A DNA stretch of 39,893 nt from a virus (taxonomy: Duplodnaviria > Caudoviricetes): positions 1-39,893 of IMG/VR virus record IMGVR_UViG_3300032024_000094. One strand, given 5' to 3'. Position numbers and translations under genes: made by a program. The notes beneath the pieces were generated by a model, which was given only the letters and a program-made list of their open reading frames with translations, was not told the DNA's origin and did not search any database. Shown piece after piece: positions 16,235 to 25,948 of this stretch (its first letter is position 1; each line of letters starts with the position of its first letter).

Positions 16235-18154
16235 CTATTTCCCGGCGGGGGCCCCAGACGAGGACTTCGCAAAGCTCACGATTCCTTCGAGGAACTCCTC
16301 GAAGGTCGTGCCCGGCGGGAACTTGTTCTTGTGTACTTCGAAGATGGAGACCAGCTCGTTCTGCCCGAACTCGGACACACCAGATCGACGAGCAGCGATG
16401 TACTGCTCTGCCCACTGGAGCACCTTTGCTCGGAAGTCCTTGGTTCTTCCAGCCCGACCGTCGGTGAAACTGTTGACGACGTTCTTCAGCGCCTCAAACA
16501 CAGGAGCCGAGTTCTTCACCAGCTCGGGAGACAGCGGATCAACCAGCGTGTTTGGCGTTGAGTACTGCGCTCCGGGGACGGTGTCCCTAAACACCTTTGT
16601 CTTGCCATCCACGCGCTTCTTCAGTGCATCGTACAGCTCATCAGACCGCTTGATGACTTCGTTCATTGGGCCCTGAACAAGCTGCCGTTCAAACCTGGTC
16701 TGCTCGTTGAGGATAAGCATGTTCAGCGCCTGTGCCTGCTTCTGGCTAAGGGTGCCAACAGAGCCAGTTATTTGTCCGATCTCGCTGAGGAGGGCCTGCG
16801 CGTTGCTCGTGAGCAACACGTCAATCTTGCGCTTTGTCTCGTTCACTTCCGGATTATGTCTGTAGACGATCGCCATCTGGTCGTCGTGCGCGTCGAGGCT
16901 GTCTGCCTCGCGCAGCACGTCCGGGCCATCCGTACCGAACTCGCCGACGAAGGCGCGCTGCCGGATGGCATCTCGATCGGCGCCGGGAACCTGCATGGAG
17001 ACCCGGGCAGCCGCAGCCGCCTCTCGGGTAGCCTGTGTGTCGTCCGCCCTCGCTTGGTTCTTCAGCGTAGAGATGGCAGACAGGGCAAACCCAGGGTCCA
17101 CCTGAAGAAGGCGCGCAGACGCCCTGTCAAACTGCGGACCAGACCGGATGCCGCCAATGGCCAGCTTGGCAAACTCTCTGGTTGCGGCGCGGTCCTCTTC
17201 CGCTCGCGCGTGGTCTTCGTTTGCTCTGGCGCGAGATTCTAGTTGAGCTTGTTCGCTGAGCATCTGGTGCTCTGCCTGCTTCATCTGTGCATCGAAGGAA
17301 AGGTCGTTTCCGATGATGTGGCCAGACGGAAGAGAAACCAGTTTGCCAAGCACGCGCGCCTCTACGAGGTTCCCTGCCAAGATCAGGTCTCGCAGCACCT
17401 CGGCAGCAACCTGTCGAATTGCCTCGGGCCGCATGCCGGTTCCTTCGTCGACCCGCAAAGAGGCAGACAGCTTCGCTGCAATCGCAGGGAGGTCGGCCCC
17501 GACCACAGTGGCGCCCTTTGCAAGCTCAGCAAACTCCGACTTGGCGGCGTCTACGTTGAGAGCGTACGTCTGGTCGGCCTGCGCCTTCGTCAGCGAAGCA
17601 AGAACCGCGTCCCGCGTGGGGTTGAAGTGTGCATCGAAGTTGGCGACGAACGCCGCCTCCTGCCCGCGGGGGCCAATGGCTTGGTCTCTGGTCTCCTTCA
17701 GTGTCTTGTCGATGGCCTCCGGCGAGGAGTTGTACAATGTCGGGTCGTTCTGGATCTGGCTCGTCACACGACTAGACCACGCGGCTCCGGCCTCTTTGCC
17801 CTGCCGGCCGCGGATCACGAGGTCGGCAAACGCCCGGTTTGCTTCGGGGATGCCGGACAGATTCGCTGCAATCTGGTCCGGCGTAGCATTCACCGAGGAG
17901 TCGATCGCTGTCTGGAGCTTCGCCTCTTCGAGACGCCGCTTCTCTTCTCGACCAACCGACAGGAACGAACCAACGGCACGGCTGAAGTCTTCCGAAGACT
18001 GAGCAAGTGCGCGCGTGAGCAGAGCCGTATTGGGGTCTGTCCACGCCTTCTCGTCCCTGGGAAGCATCGTCCTGGCATCCCTAGCTAGAACGCGCAGTCC
18101 TGTGTCGTCTCGCGGCTGAGCCGCATCGGGAAGCGTGATTCGCTGGGGTGCCAT
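16235..18154 (-). CDS. Internal virion protein, T7 gp15-like
   Basis: Start MAPQRITLP at 18154 with AAGGA RBS; 639 aa, helical, Ala/Gln-rich; synteny. Confidence 0.75.
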   Translation of the reverse strand: MAPQRITLPDAAQPRDDTGLRVLARDARTMLPRDEKAWTDPNTALLTRALAQSSEDFSRAVGSFLSVGREEKRRLEEAKLQTAIDSSVNATPDQIAANLSGIPEANRAFADLVIRGRQGKEAGAAWSSRVTSQIQNDPTLYNSSPEAIDKTLKETRDQAIGPRGQEAAFVANFDAHFNPTRDAVLASLTKAQADQTYALNVDAAKSEFAELAKGATVVGADLPAIAAKLSASLRVDEGTGMRPEAIRQVAAEVLRDLILAGNLVEARVLGKLVSLPSGHIIGNDLSFDAQMKQAEHQMLSEQAQLESRARANEDHARAEEDRAATREFAKLAIGGIRSGPQFDRASARLLQVDPGFALSAISTLKNQARADDTQATREAAAAARVSMQVPGADRDAIRQRAFVGEFGTDGPDVLREADSLDAHDDQMAIVYRHNPEVNETKRKIDVLLTSNAQALLSEIGQITGSVGTLSQKQAQALNMLILNEQTRFERQLVQGPMNEVIKRSDELYDALKKRVDGKTKVFRDTVPGAQYSTPNTLVDPLSPELVKNSAPVFEALKNVVNSFTDGRAGRTKDFRAKVLQWAEQYIAARRSGVSEFGQNELVSIFEVHKNKFPPGTTFEEFLEGIVSFAKSSSGAPAGK

Positions 18155-18161
18155 GGTTTCC

Positions 18162-18731
18162 TTAGTTCTTCCACTTGTAGATGTCGGCAGCTCCAGAGGC
18201 CAGCGCACCACCAATGGAAAGCCCACCGGCAAGGTACGAGTTCATGTTCGCGGGCTGGGGAACGGGCTGCCCGGTTAGCGAGGTCTGGGCGTTGAGGTAC
18301 GTCGCTGCGTTGCTCGCGTCGATACCCTCGCTAGAGAACTTCAGGTTCTGCGAGGTCCGGTTGAACTGCGCAGACTTCGCCATGTCGTACTCGTGAAGGA
18401 TGTTGTCCATGCTCAGGCCGCTGAGCCCGGTGGACGCCAACGCGGCCCGTGCCTCGCCCTTGGCCTTCATCGAGGACACCGTCGTCTCGAAGTTCTTCGT
18501 GGCCGCGGCGCGCACTTCCTGGCTGCGCTGTAGATTCGCGGTCGCGTACTCCACGTTCAGGGTCTTGTTGACCTGACCCTGCTGCGTGTTGTTTATCGCC
18601 GACTGCAGCTTCGCCTGATAGTTGAGCTGCTGCGACTGTTGATAGGACTGCAGCGCCGTGCCAGCCACGCTGATCGCCATACCGATTATGGGGATCAGAA
18701 TCGAGTAGCATGGGGGAATGCGCTTGCGCAT
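18162..18731 (-). CDS. Internal virion protein, T7 gp14-like
   Basis: 189 aa; hydrophobic N-terminus, Gln-rich, 'STGLSGLS' motif, Gly/Ala C-terminus; synteny. Confidence 0.8.
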   Translation of the reverse strand: MRKRIPPCYSILIPIIGMAISVAGTALQSYQQSQQLNYQAKLQSAINNTQQGQVNKTLNVEYATANLQRSQEVRAAATKNFETTVSSMKAKGEARAALASTGLSGLSMDNILHEYDMAKSAQFNRTSQNLKFSSEGIDASNAATYLNAQTSLTGQPVPQPANMNSYLAGGLSIGGALASGAADIYKWKN

Positions 18732-19237
18732 TACAGTACCTCCTTCACAAAGAGCCAGAAGGGCTTCTTTCCCACTCCGTACTCCTCAAATCTCTGTGTA
18801 AGCTTGAAGCCGGCCCACTCCAGCCAGCGCATGTGCTTCTTGTTCCGCTCGTAGACGAAGTTCGCGAGAAGGCGATAGCCCCGCCCCAGCTCCTCCACGT
18901 AGCGCGGGCTCTCGACAAAGAGCTGGCGCTTATGCTGGAGGAGCTGGGGGGTTGCAAGGAGCCACGGTACGCCGATCGTCGGGTCTGGGTCGTACGGGCT
19001 CACGCCGAACATTGCGCAGAGGGAGGGATCTGCGACAGCCCAGGTCGACTTCGGGAAGTGGCGCACAGAGTGGAGGAGCCCCGGGAGGGGGGCCTGTCCA
19101 CTGGCTATCAACACTTCCTCCCTGTCTTCCGGGCGGATGTTCTTTGCAAGCGCGATGCAATCCCAGATCGTCGCCGGTCGTACGAATGCAAGACCCATGG
19201 TTCTTACAGGCTCCTTGCCAGGAACGGCTCTGCTCAT
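18731..19237 (-). CDS. T7 gp13-like protein (GNAT-like fold)
   Basis: 'IRPEDREE', 'MFGV..GVPWLL.T', 'L.NFV..RN..H.RWL.W.GF' motifs; ATGA overlap with tail tube B (alternative start at 19198). Confidence 0.85.
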   Translation of the reverse strand: MSRAVPGKEPVRTMGLAFVRPATIWDCIALAKNIRPEDREEVLIASGQAPLPGLLHSVRHFPKSTWAVADPSLCAMFGVSPYDPDPTIGVPWLLATPQLLQHKRQLFVESPRYVEELGRGYRLLANFVYERNKKHMRWLEWAGFKLTQRFEEYGVGKKPFWLFVKEVL

Positions 19238-21636
19238 AGGCTTCGTGCGCGTGCGAAGTATTCGGCTTCCCACTCAGCCGCAACCAGGGACATCGGGTGC
19301 GGCTCGAACGTGGACGCCGTCACCTGATAGTCCTTGCTGTTCCGCAGGATCGGAACGCGAATTTCACCGTCCTGGGGTGTCCCCGCGGCGTGGTCGGTGA
19401 TGTAACTCTCGTTCCCACCGTCGCTGCCATTGACGTACACCGTCATTCGTCCGGTGTTGGCGAACAGCAGCTTCATCGTCCGCATCTGCAGGCGGCCGGT
19501 GGTGATCGGTTCGTTCGTCCCCGGCTTGTGGTGAACCACCGGGGACAGTTCAAACTGGCTCAGATACCGAATCCCGACGACGGCCGAGCGGCCATCGTTT
19601 CGGGTGGCGGTCAGCGCCATCCAGCCCGTATGACTTGCGTTTGGTTCGAGGGTGATCGTCTCGCCGTTGTCGAGGAACACCGCGTACCCAAGCGAGCCGG
19701 CGGTGTCGTAGCCAATGCTGTTCCACACCACCGCATTCGCCCCGGCGTCCCACGTCCCGGCTACCGTCTTCCGGTAGTCGAGGTGGACGAGCCAGTCTGC
19801 GCCAGCACCAATCGCGTCTTCGGTGAGATCCATGTCCATGTAGCAGAGGTGGTATTCGCTGGCCTTCTCAAGGACGAGGTAGACGCGGTTGTCGCTGATG
19901 TCACCAAACACCACGCGGTCGCAGTCGATGGTGATCCTGCTCCAGCTCGACATCACCTTGTCCTTGCCAGCATGGAAGTATCGGTAGACGTAGATCGAAG
20001 ATGCTTCGTAGTCAGACAGGGCGAACATGGTGCGGTGGCTTGCAGAGCCGAACAGCCGCGTGATGTCCGGCGGCAAGTAGTCGTCGATGTGGGCAGTGAT
20101 GGACTCAACTTTGTAGCCGTCGACCTGCTCCTCGGCCAGGAACTCCTGGGCGGTGGTGTAGGTGCCCTGGTCCTGCACGAAGATGATCCGGTCGCCGATC
20201 AGACACGGGCGCACGTCGGCCTTCGCCTGGAACGCCGTGACCAACTCGCTCGACAGGTTCTTCGTGGTGAACTCGGGCGACTGCGCCCGCAGGATGTGCT
20301 GCCCCACGTCGGTGAACAGCACGAGCTGCTCGTTGAACGGGATGACGTGGCGGATGTTGGAGATTCGGTTGTGCGTGAGCTGTACGTCCACAGGATCGCT
20401 GTCGACGGACGTGGTCACGGTGGTGGGCCAAAGATTGTAATACTCGGCCACCTCAGAGAAGTTGAGGATCTCCCCGCCGGACAGCCCGAGGCGGTTTCGG
20501 TGAAAGATCAGGTCGGCAATGGGGACACCGACGATGCTGGGGGAGGGGGAGGTGTTGTCGTCTCCCGCCAGTCGCGAACCCCAGCCCAGGGCAACGATCT
20601 CGAAGTCCGTGCCGGACACCTTCGGGCGGAGTCCGTATGGGAATGTCGCCGCGTCCATGCTCCGCGCACCGTTGAACGTCTCGCGCCAGTAGCCGGCGCC
20701 GACGCTTGCCGAGTTATACCCGGCGACCGCGGCGGGCGGGCTCTCGATAGCGAACTGAACGTAGTAGATGTCGAACGTCGCAGACGGGGTGCCCTGCACC
20801 TTCATCTTCTGCCCGGCGAGACACACCGGAGGCAGATCGGAGAACTGCTGCACGGTCTGGTTCGCGGAGCGGAAGTACGATGCGAAGCTCCCGCCGACTG
20901 CGCGCGCGTCCCGTAGGACGGTGCCAACCGGTGCGGTCACCAGGACCAGCCCGGCGGGGTCGGTGGCGGAGTAGTAGATGACGCACCCTGTCGGGACGCC
21001 GGGGGTCGGCGTGCCGCGCAACGTGCTGATGATGGCCCCGATCGCGACGGACGCGACGGTCGTGGAACTCGTGTAGCTGATCGAGTGGTCAAGAACGGCC
21101 GCGCCCACCTGGCTCTGGTACCGGAAGCCGCAAGAGTCACTGTAGTTCATCCCAGTCATCCAGATCATTACAGCCCGGTCAAAAGTCGGGATACCGACAT
21201 CCTCGGAAGCAATGGTGCCCAATGCCGGAGTGATGTTCTTGTTGACGAGGTAGGTGTAGTCCGCCACGGAGATCGCACGGTAGTCCTGCCTCGGGTTGGC
21301 AGCAGTCATCTGCGCGGTCGTCAGTGCGTTAGTCAGAGTCTTCAGCGACCCATCAATGGCTGAGAAAATCTTCGGGTTCGCGCCGGCCCCGGCCCCCGTG
21401 ATTACCACGAGATGCTTGGTTGTCGCGTCCCGGTCCATCAGATGGATGAACGGGACGGTGCTCGGCACGGTCATGTTGAGCTTGGCGACGTGGAAGATCG
21501 GCGGCCGGCGGGTCGGGCCCGTCGCCACCGTAGAGAACATGTTGAGCTGTTCCTGCGCCTGCGAGGAAAGGCGGAGGGCGGCCGGCTGCCGGGTGACGCC
21601 GTTGATCAGCGAGGAGATGGTCTTGCTGATTAGCAC
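19234..21636 (-). CDS. Tail tubular protein B (T7 gp12-like nozzle)
   Basis: GTG start at 21636 with GGAG RBS; SLINGVTRQP..R, RRPP, FHRNRLG, DSDPVD, SSWS and GRLQMR motifs; 800 aa. Confidence 0.93.
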   Translation of the reverse strand: MLISKTISSLINGVTRQPAALRLSSQAQEQLNMFSTVATGPTRRPPIFHVAKLNMTVPSTVPFIHLMDRDATTKHLVVITGAGAGANPKIFSAIDGSLKTLTNALTTAQMTAANPRQDYRAISVADYTYLVNKNITPALGTIASEDVGIPTFDRAVMIWMTGMNYSDSCGFRYQSQVGAAVLDHSISYTSSTTVASVAIGAIISTLRGTPTPGVPTGCVIYYSATDPAGLVLVTAPVGTVLRDARAVGGSFASYFRSANQTVQQFSDLPPVCLAGQKMKVQGTPSATFDIYYVQFAIESPPAAVAGYNSASVGAGYWRETFNGARSMDAATFPYGLRPKVSGTDFEIVALGWGSRLAGDDNTSPSPSIVGVPIADLIFHRNRLGLSGGEILNFSEVAEYYNLWPTTVTTSVDSDPVDVQLTHNRISNIRHVIPFNEQLVLFTDVGQHILRAQSPEFTTKNLSSELVTAFQAKADVRPCLIGDRIIFVQDQGTYTTAQEFLAEEQVDGYKVESITAHIDDYLPPDITRLFGSASHRTMFALSDYEASSIYVYRYFHAGKDKVMSSWSRITIDCDRVVFGDISDNRVYLVLEKASEYHLCYMDMDLTEDAIGAGADWLVHLDYRKTVAGTWDAGANAVVWNSIGYDTAGSLGYAVFLDNGETITLEPNASHTGWMALTATRNDGRSAVVGIRYLSQFELSPVVHHKPGTNEPITTGRLQMRTMKLLFANTGRMTVYVNGSDGGNESYITDHAAGTPQDGEIRVPILRNSKDYQVTASTFEPHPMSLVAAEWEAEYFARARSL

Positions 21637-22220
21637 GTCCGCTCCAGTGCCTGGAAGACGCCCGCAGCGAGAAGGACCGTGCGGCCCTGAATCGCCGCGT
21701 CTGCCTGCTGGAGATTGGCGTAGGCCGCCAGCTCGTCCTGAACCTGATACTTGTGCAGCGCATCCGAGCCCACGATGCGGTCTTGGAAGATGCGCGCGGC
21801 GCGGACGAAGATGTACTGTCGCGCGTGCTCCATGAGGTCCGTCCAGGGGAGCAGCAGCGTCGCCACGACGGTGGCGGTCTCTCCGTTGGTAATCGTGGCA
21901 GTTCGCGCCTCGCGGTCGTAGAGCACGAGCCCGCGGAGAACGAAGTCCCGCGCAGCGCCCTGCGACACAACCAAACACGACAGCGTGTTGGACGGAAGAG
22001 TGAGTGCCGAAGATGCCGCGACGAGATCAATGGACTCGCGGTTGAACCCCCAGGCGGACGACAGCACCTCGCGATAAACGCGTGAGAGGATCGTGTACGC
22101 CATGGTCGCGTCCGCGTTGGCTGCGGGGACGGGCAGTGCGGCCACGCCCTTCTGGCCGACCGCGTCGAGCAGTGCGTTCACTGCTTCCAGCTCGGTCGTC
22201 ATCGTTGTGGGAAGTGCCAA
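21630..22220 (-). CDS. Tail tubular protein A (T7 gp11-like)
   Basis: TTG start at 22220 with AGGAG RBS; TELEAVN.LL..VG, WGFN.E, LYD and YI..RAAR.FQ motifs. Confidence 0.93.
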   Translation of the reverse strand: MALPTTMTTELEAVNALLDAVGQKGVAALPVPAANADATMAYTILSRVYREVLSSAWGFNRESIDLVAASSALTLPSNTLSCLVVSQGAARDFVLRGLVLYDREARTATITNGETATVVATLLLPWTDLMEHARQYIFVRAARIFQDRIVGSDALHKYQVQDELAAYANLQQADAAIQGRTVLLAAGVFQALERTC

Positions 22221-22239
22221 TGTGACTCCTAAGAGAGGA

Positions 22240-22288
22240 TGGGTGGGAGACAAGAGGGCTTGCGCCCCAATTCAGTGCCTCCCACCCA
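22240..22288 (-). terminator. Structured RNA element after the capsid gene (T-phi position)
   Basis: Minus strand TGGGTGGGAGGCA...GGGGC-GCAA-GCCCT...TGTCTCCCACCCA: 13 bp outer stem plus a GNRA-capped inner stem. Confidence 0.6.
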
Positions 22289-22304
22289 CCAGCAACCCAC
22301 CCTA

Positions 22305-23294
22305 CTAGGCGGTCTTCAGCTCGACAGCGCACTCCGGGCGGAGCACACCGAAACCGAGCGCGTAGCGCGCGGTCATCAGGTCACCCAGCCGGCGCGCGTC
22401 GCGCGTGTGCTCGATAGTGAGATCCTTGAGCTTCACGACGCCCGCGGCCCACTTGGTCGTGATCACCGCGATGTTGGTCGTGTAGCTGAGGTTCAGGCCC
22501 ATCGTGGTCAGGTTCGCGAGGTACGTCGCGTCGGAACCGGCGCCACCGCCGGCCGTGGTGGAGTCGTCGAGCCGGGGGAGGAGGTTGGTGAGCTGGAGGT
22601 TCACGCCCGCAACCTTCGGGATCGACGCCTCGGCCAGAGAGCCGCGCCCACCCCAGAGGGTGTTCATCAGATCCTTGTTCGACGCGAGCAGGTAGTACTG
22701 CGCCGGGGCCAGGAAGCACGTCTTCGTGTCCGTAGGCGGCACGTCCTTCTCGGCGAAGTTCTGGACCGCGTCGAAGATGCCCGTGGCGATCGTGTCGGCG
22801 TCCGTCGAGTACGCGGCGTTGATCTTCGTCAGACCCGCCGGGGCCTCGCTCATCCCGCCATAGCCCGAAGACTTGCGGGCCGCAGCGATCATCGTGCGGA
22901 AGGCGTGAAGGTCGAACTCGCGCGCGAGCGCGAAGCCGGTCTCGTTGGAGTAGACCGACCGCACGTCGTAGTGGTTCATCGCTTCGTCGATCTCGGCGAG
23001 GAAGCACGAGGACACGAGGAAGCCCATCACGTTGATGATGCGCTCGCCGTGGCTCATGGCCGTGCCGAGAATCTCGGCGCCGGGGACGTGGTAGCCGGCC
23101 GCATTGCGCCAGCTGGTGGGGAACTGCGCACTCTTCCCGTTCGCGATCGTGCGGGTGTAGATGTGCGGCTCGGAGACGGTCGCGCGCTTGTACGCGGTCA
23201 GGACTTCCTGGCCGAATACCTTGAGAAAGAGCGCGATGTAATCCGTGCCGGTCGCATTGACGCGACCCGGGCCGGATCGTACTGCATCTGCCAT
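22305..23294 (-). CDS. Major capsid protein (T7 gp10-like)
   Basis: ALFLKVFGQEVLTAY, RTIANGKSAQFP, HYDVRS.YS.E.G.ALA and G.GVLRPECAVEL motifs. Confidence 0.97.
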   Translation of the reverse strand: MADAVRSGPGRVNATGTDYIALFLKVFGQEVLTAYKRATVSEPHIYTRTIANGKSAQFPTSWRNAAGYHVPGAEILGTAMSHGERIINVMGFLVSSCFLAEIDEAMNHYDVRSVYSNETGFALAREFDLHAFRTMIAAARKSSGYGGMSEAPAGLTKINAAYSTDADTIATGIFDAVQNFAEKDVPPTDTKTCFLAPAQYYLLASNKDLMNTLWGGRGSLAEASIPKVAGVNLQLTNLLPRLDDSTTAGGGAGSDATYLANLTTMGLNLSYTTNIAVITTKWAAGVVKLKDLTIEHTRDARRLGDLMTARYALGFGVLRPECAVELKTA

Positions 23295-23312
23295 TCTGTT
23301 TTCCTTGAAGGA

Positions 23313-24113
23313 CTAGAGGTCGAGAGCGAGCTTCGCGATCACGTCGTTGCGATACGCCTCGTCACTCTCGTACCGAGGGTCGGACATCGCCCTCGTGATC
23401 TCGGCCTGACTGCGGAAGCCGCCGGGCGTTTGCCCTGTCTGGTCTCCGGTCAGAAGCCGGGGCTCCTGTCCAAGCGTCGCTTCAAAGCGCGCGTGGAGCC
23501 CTTGGATAGCGAGCTTTCGCTGCTCACCATCGGAAGTGAAGATCGCCGTGTTGAACGCAGCGATCTCTGCTTCGTTGAGGGCCTTGGCGGCCCAGTTGAT
23601 CATCTCGGCGTACTGTTCAGGACCGCCGACGATCTTCTTGTCGTTGTATTCGAGAAGCTCCTGCCGGGCCTGCTGTCCCGCGATGAACTCCTCGACGAGC
23701 GCCTTCGGCAGGCCCTGCGCCTCCAGAGCAGCGAACGACTCTGCGCTCAGCTCGCCGTTGGCGACGAACTCGTCGCGGAAGGCGTTGATGTCCATGCCCT
23801 TCGACGCCACGACCGCAGCAGCAGCCGCGGCGGGGTCAGCCGCGGGGTCCGCAGCCGGAGCTGTGGCGGGGTCGGGCGCTGCGGGTGTGGCAGGAGTCGC
23901 GGCGGGCTTGGCGGGCACGGCGAGCGCGGGTGTCGCGGCAGGCGCGGGCTGCGCAGCCGGCTCTGCGGCCGGCGGTGTGGGTGCGGGCGTCGCCGCGGGG
24001 GCGGGGGTCGGCCCGGGGGTGACGCTGATCTGCCCGTTCACCATCTCCGAGACGACGGCAGTTGAAGGCGCCGGCTCGTCACCGGCCGGGAGGCTCGTGG
24101 AATACTCCGCCAT
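23313..24113 (-). CDS. Capsid assembly scaffolding protein (T7 gp9-like)
   Basis: GELS.ES..AL, VGG.EQY..M..WA, F.SQAE...AMSDPRY..D.AYR..V..KL motifs; Pro/Ala-rich N-terminus. Confidence 0.93.
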   Translation of the reverse strand: MAEYSTSLPAGDEPAPSTAVVSEMVNGQISVTPGPTPAPAATPAPTPPAAEPAAQPAPAATPALAVPAKPAATPATPAAPDPATAPAADPAADPAAAAAAVVASKGMDINAFRDEFVANGELSAESFAALEAQGLPKALVEEFIAGQQARQELLEYNDKKIVGGPEQYAEMINWAAKALNEAEIAAFNTAIFTSDGEQRKLAIQGLHARFEATLGQEPRLLTGDQTGQTPGGFRSQAEITRAMSDPRYESDEAYRNDVIAKLALDL

Positions 24114-24344
24114 CTAGGCAACCCCAATTTCGAGGCCGCCGTCGCGGCCGATGCGGCAGCGATTACCGGCCTCGTCAACCCACACCACGCCCGGGACGCG
24201 GCGGACCATCTCTTCCAGCGACGGGCGCGGGACAGCGTCCGGGGCGGCTTCCGGGGCGGTCTCAGCCTCCTGCGGCTGCGGCTGCGGCGGGGCCTCCGCC
24301 TCCACCACCGCCTGGGGCTCCTGCGATTCCTTGGATTTTGCCAT
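24114..24344 (-). CDS. Small hypothetical protein between portal and scaffold
   Basis: 76 aa; GGGAG RBS; stop abuts the scaffold start; overlaps the portal 3' end. Confidence 0.6.
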   Translation of the reverse strand: MAKSKESQEPQAVVEAEAPPQPQPQEAETAPEAAPDAVPRPSLEEMVRRVPGVVWVDEAGNRCRIGRDGGLEIGVA

Positions 24345-25944
24345 TCTGAATTGCTCCCTTTGCCACTTCCGTCGCGATGTTGCCTCCGGCCTTCATCATC
24401 TCGGGCATGGCTTGATCTCGCATTGCGTTCTGCTGCGCGGCCTGTGCGTCCGCCGCCATCTGCTCGTCCGACTTGATCAGATCCTTCACGTCGATTCCGC
24501 GCGCCGTCGCCATGCGCTCCATGAGCACGGGGCCGTCCAGCGCCTGAGAAATCGCAGGGTCCACCTTCGACAACACTTCGAGGTCCGAGACGAACCCCTG
24601 ATACCGAGTGAGATCCTGGCCGCGACCGATGGCCTCGAGGCCGGTGACGATCGTGGGCTTCACTGCTTCCTTCGGCAGCGTCGGAATTTCTCCCTGCTTC
24701 TCCATCTGCAGCTGCGTCCGGCGAACAAGCGGAAGCTGAAGCTCCTGCGACTGGATCGAGTAGACACCGCCCAGGGTGTCCTCCAGCTCGCCCGCCATGA
24801 ACCGAATCTCTTCGGCCGTGACGCGCTCCCCGGGGCGCTGGATTGCAGTGTTGAGCATGAAGGCGTACGCGAGCTGATCCTTGATCTTCTCGGCTGTCTC
24901 CGATGCAACACGCAGGTCCGCCTGCTTCTGCGACTGAACAACCGTGACGTCCTCGGCGTTGCCGTACGCAATTCCGCCGTTTGGCAGCAGTTCCAAGTCG
25001 GCAACTTTCGTGGTTGTGCCCGGCTTCACCAGGACGATCATGCGCGCCGCCGCAGCGGAGCCCTCGACGATCGACTGAGACAACGCCTCCAGCGACTTGA
25101 GGTCGCCGACGTACTCCTCGGCGTGCCCACGCCCGTAGTCCTCGCCGTCCACCTTGTGCCAGCGAAGCGGCAGCCAGGGGGATGCGTCGAGCGGGTAGCG
25201 GCCGTTGGAATTCGGGACTACAACACCCGCGCACTCTTGGATGATCGTGTAGCGGTCGGCCTTGCGAAGGACGCGCGTGTAGATGTCGACGTCGGTTGAT
25301 TCCACCGAGTCGGGATTGGCGATGTTGAGGTTGGTCTTGACGAGCTGGCGAATGTCCTTGGGAACCGTCTGGATGTCAAGCGTCTCCTGAACGATCAGCT
25401 CAACCACGGTGCCCATGGCGTCGCGCTTGACGCAGTAGCGGTCGAGACGGAAGCCCCGCGCGCCGCCCTCGGGGGGCAGGTACAGCAGGTAGTTGCCGGT
25501 CACGATGAGGTGCTTTAGTGCAAGGAAGATGGGCACACGCATCGCGGTGCTCTCGATCTTCTTGGTGATGCCGCGCTCGATCTTGGCAAGAGCCGTCTCC
25601 ACCTCGGCCTTGATCTTCGCCTCTCCGCGGGAGAGATCGTCGATGACGCTGTCGAGCATCTCGAACTTGAAGAACGGCTGGTTGGGTGGGAACAGGGCCA
25701 GCAAGAGCTTGCTGGCGAGGTTGTTGACTCCGCGGGCGCCCATCGACTGCCACGGCGTCTTGAACACCACCGCGTTCTTGCGGTTGTTCTTCGCGCCCGT
25801 CCCGGCGCTCTGCGGGAACAGTGTCGGCAGGGTGAGCGCGGAACAAACGCGAGCGATGTTGATGAACTGGCTGCGGTCGGCGTTCAGCTGCTCGAACCGC
25901 TTTGCGAGCGGACCACTGGCGGTGCCGTTCGTGGGGTCGTGCAT
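24262..25944 (-). CDS. Portal / head-tail connector (T7 gp8-like)
   Basis: PWQSMGARGVNNLASKLLLALFP, GEDYGRG and ERVTAEEIR..ELEDTLGGVYS motifs. Confidence 0.97.
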   Translation of the reverse strand: MHDPTNGTASGPLAKRFEQLNADRSQFINIARVCSALTLPTLFPQSAGTGAKNNRKNAVVFKTPWQSMGARGVNNLASKLLLALFPPNQPFFKFEMLDSVIDDLSRGEAKIKAEVETALAKIERGITKKIESTAMRVPIFLALKHLIVTGNYLLYLPPEGGARGFRLDRYCVKRDAMGTVVELIVQETLDIQTVPKDIRQLVKTNLNIANPDSVESTDVDIYTRVLRKADRYTIIQECAGVVVPNSNGRYPLDASPWLPLRWHKVDGEDYGRGHAEEYVGDLKSLEALSQSIVEGSAAAARMIVLVKPGTTTKVADLELLPNGGIAYGNAEDVTVVQSQKQADLRVASETAEKIKDQLAYAFMLNTAIQRPGERVTAEEIRFMAGELEDTLGGVYSIQSQELQLPLVRRTQLQMEKQGEIPTLPKEAVKPTIVTGLEAIGRGQDLTRYQGFVSDLEVLSKVDPAISQALDGPVLMERMATARGIDVKDLIKSDEQMAADAQAAQQNAMRDQAMPEMMKAGGNIATEVAKGAIQNGKIQGIAGAPGGGGGGGPAAAAAAGG

Positions 25945-25948
25945 GGTG

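Noticed and set aside
21637-21978. Long N-terminal extensions in the ORF track for tail tube B (also gp15, endonuclease, amidase, glycosyltransferase and the 7382 and 5736 ORFs)
   Set aside because: They overlap upstream genes; downstream starts with an RBS or stop/start coupling fit the family N-termini better.
22027-22332. Possible gp10B-style frameshift extension of the capsid protein
   Set aside because: No slippery sequence near the capsid end, tandem TAG TAG stops, and the alternative frame overlaps gp11 without a credible domain.
23810-24015. Low-complexity GC repeats in the scaffold gene, considered as a possible array
   Set aside because: Encodes a Pro/Ala linker. No repeat-spacer structure, and no CRISPR array was seen anywhere in the window.
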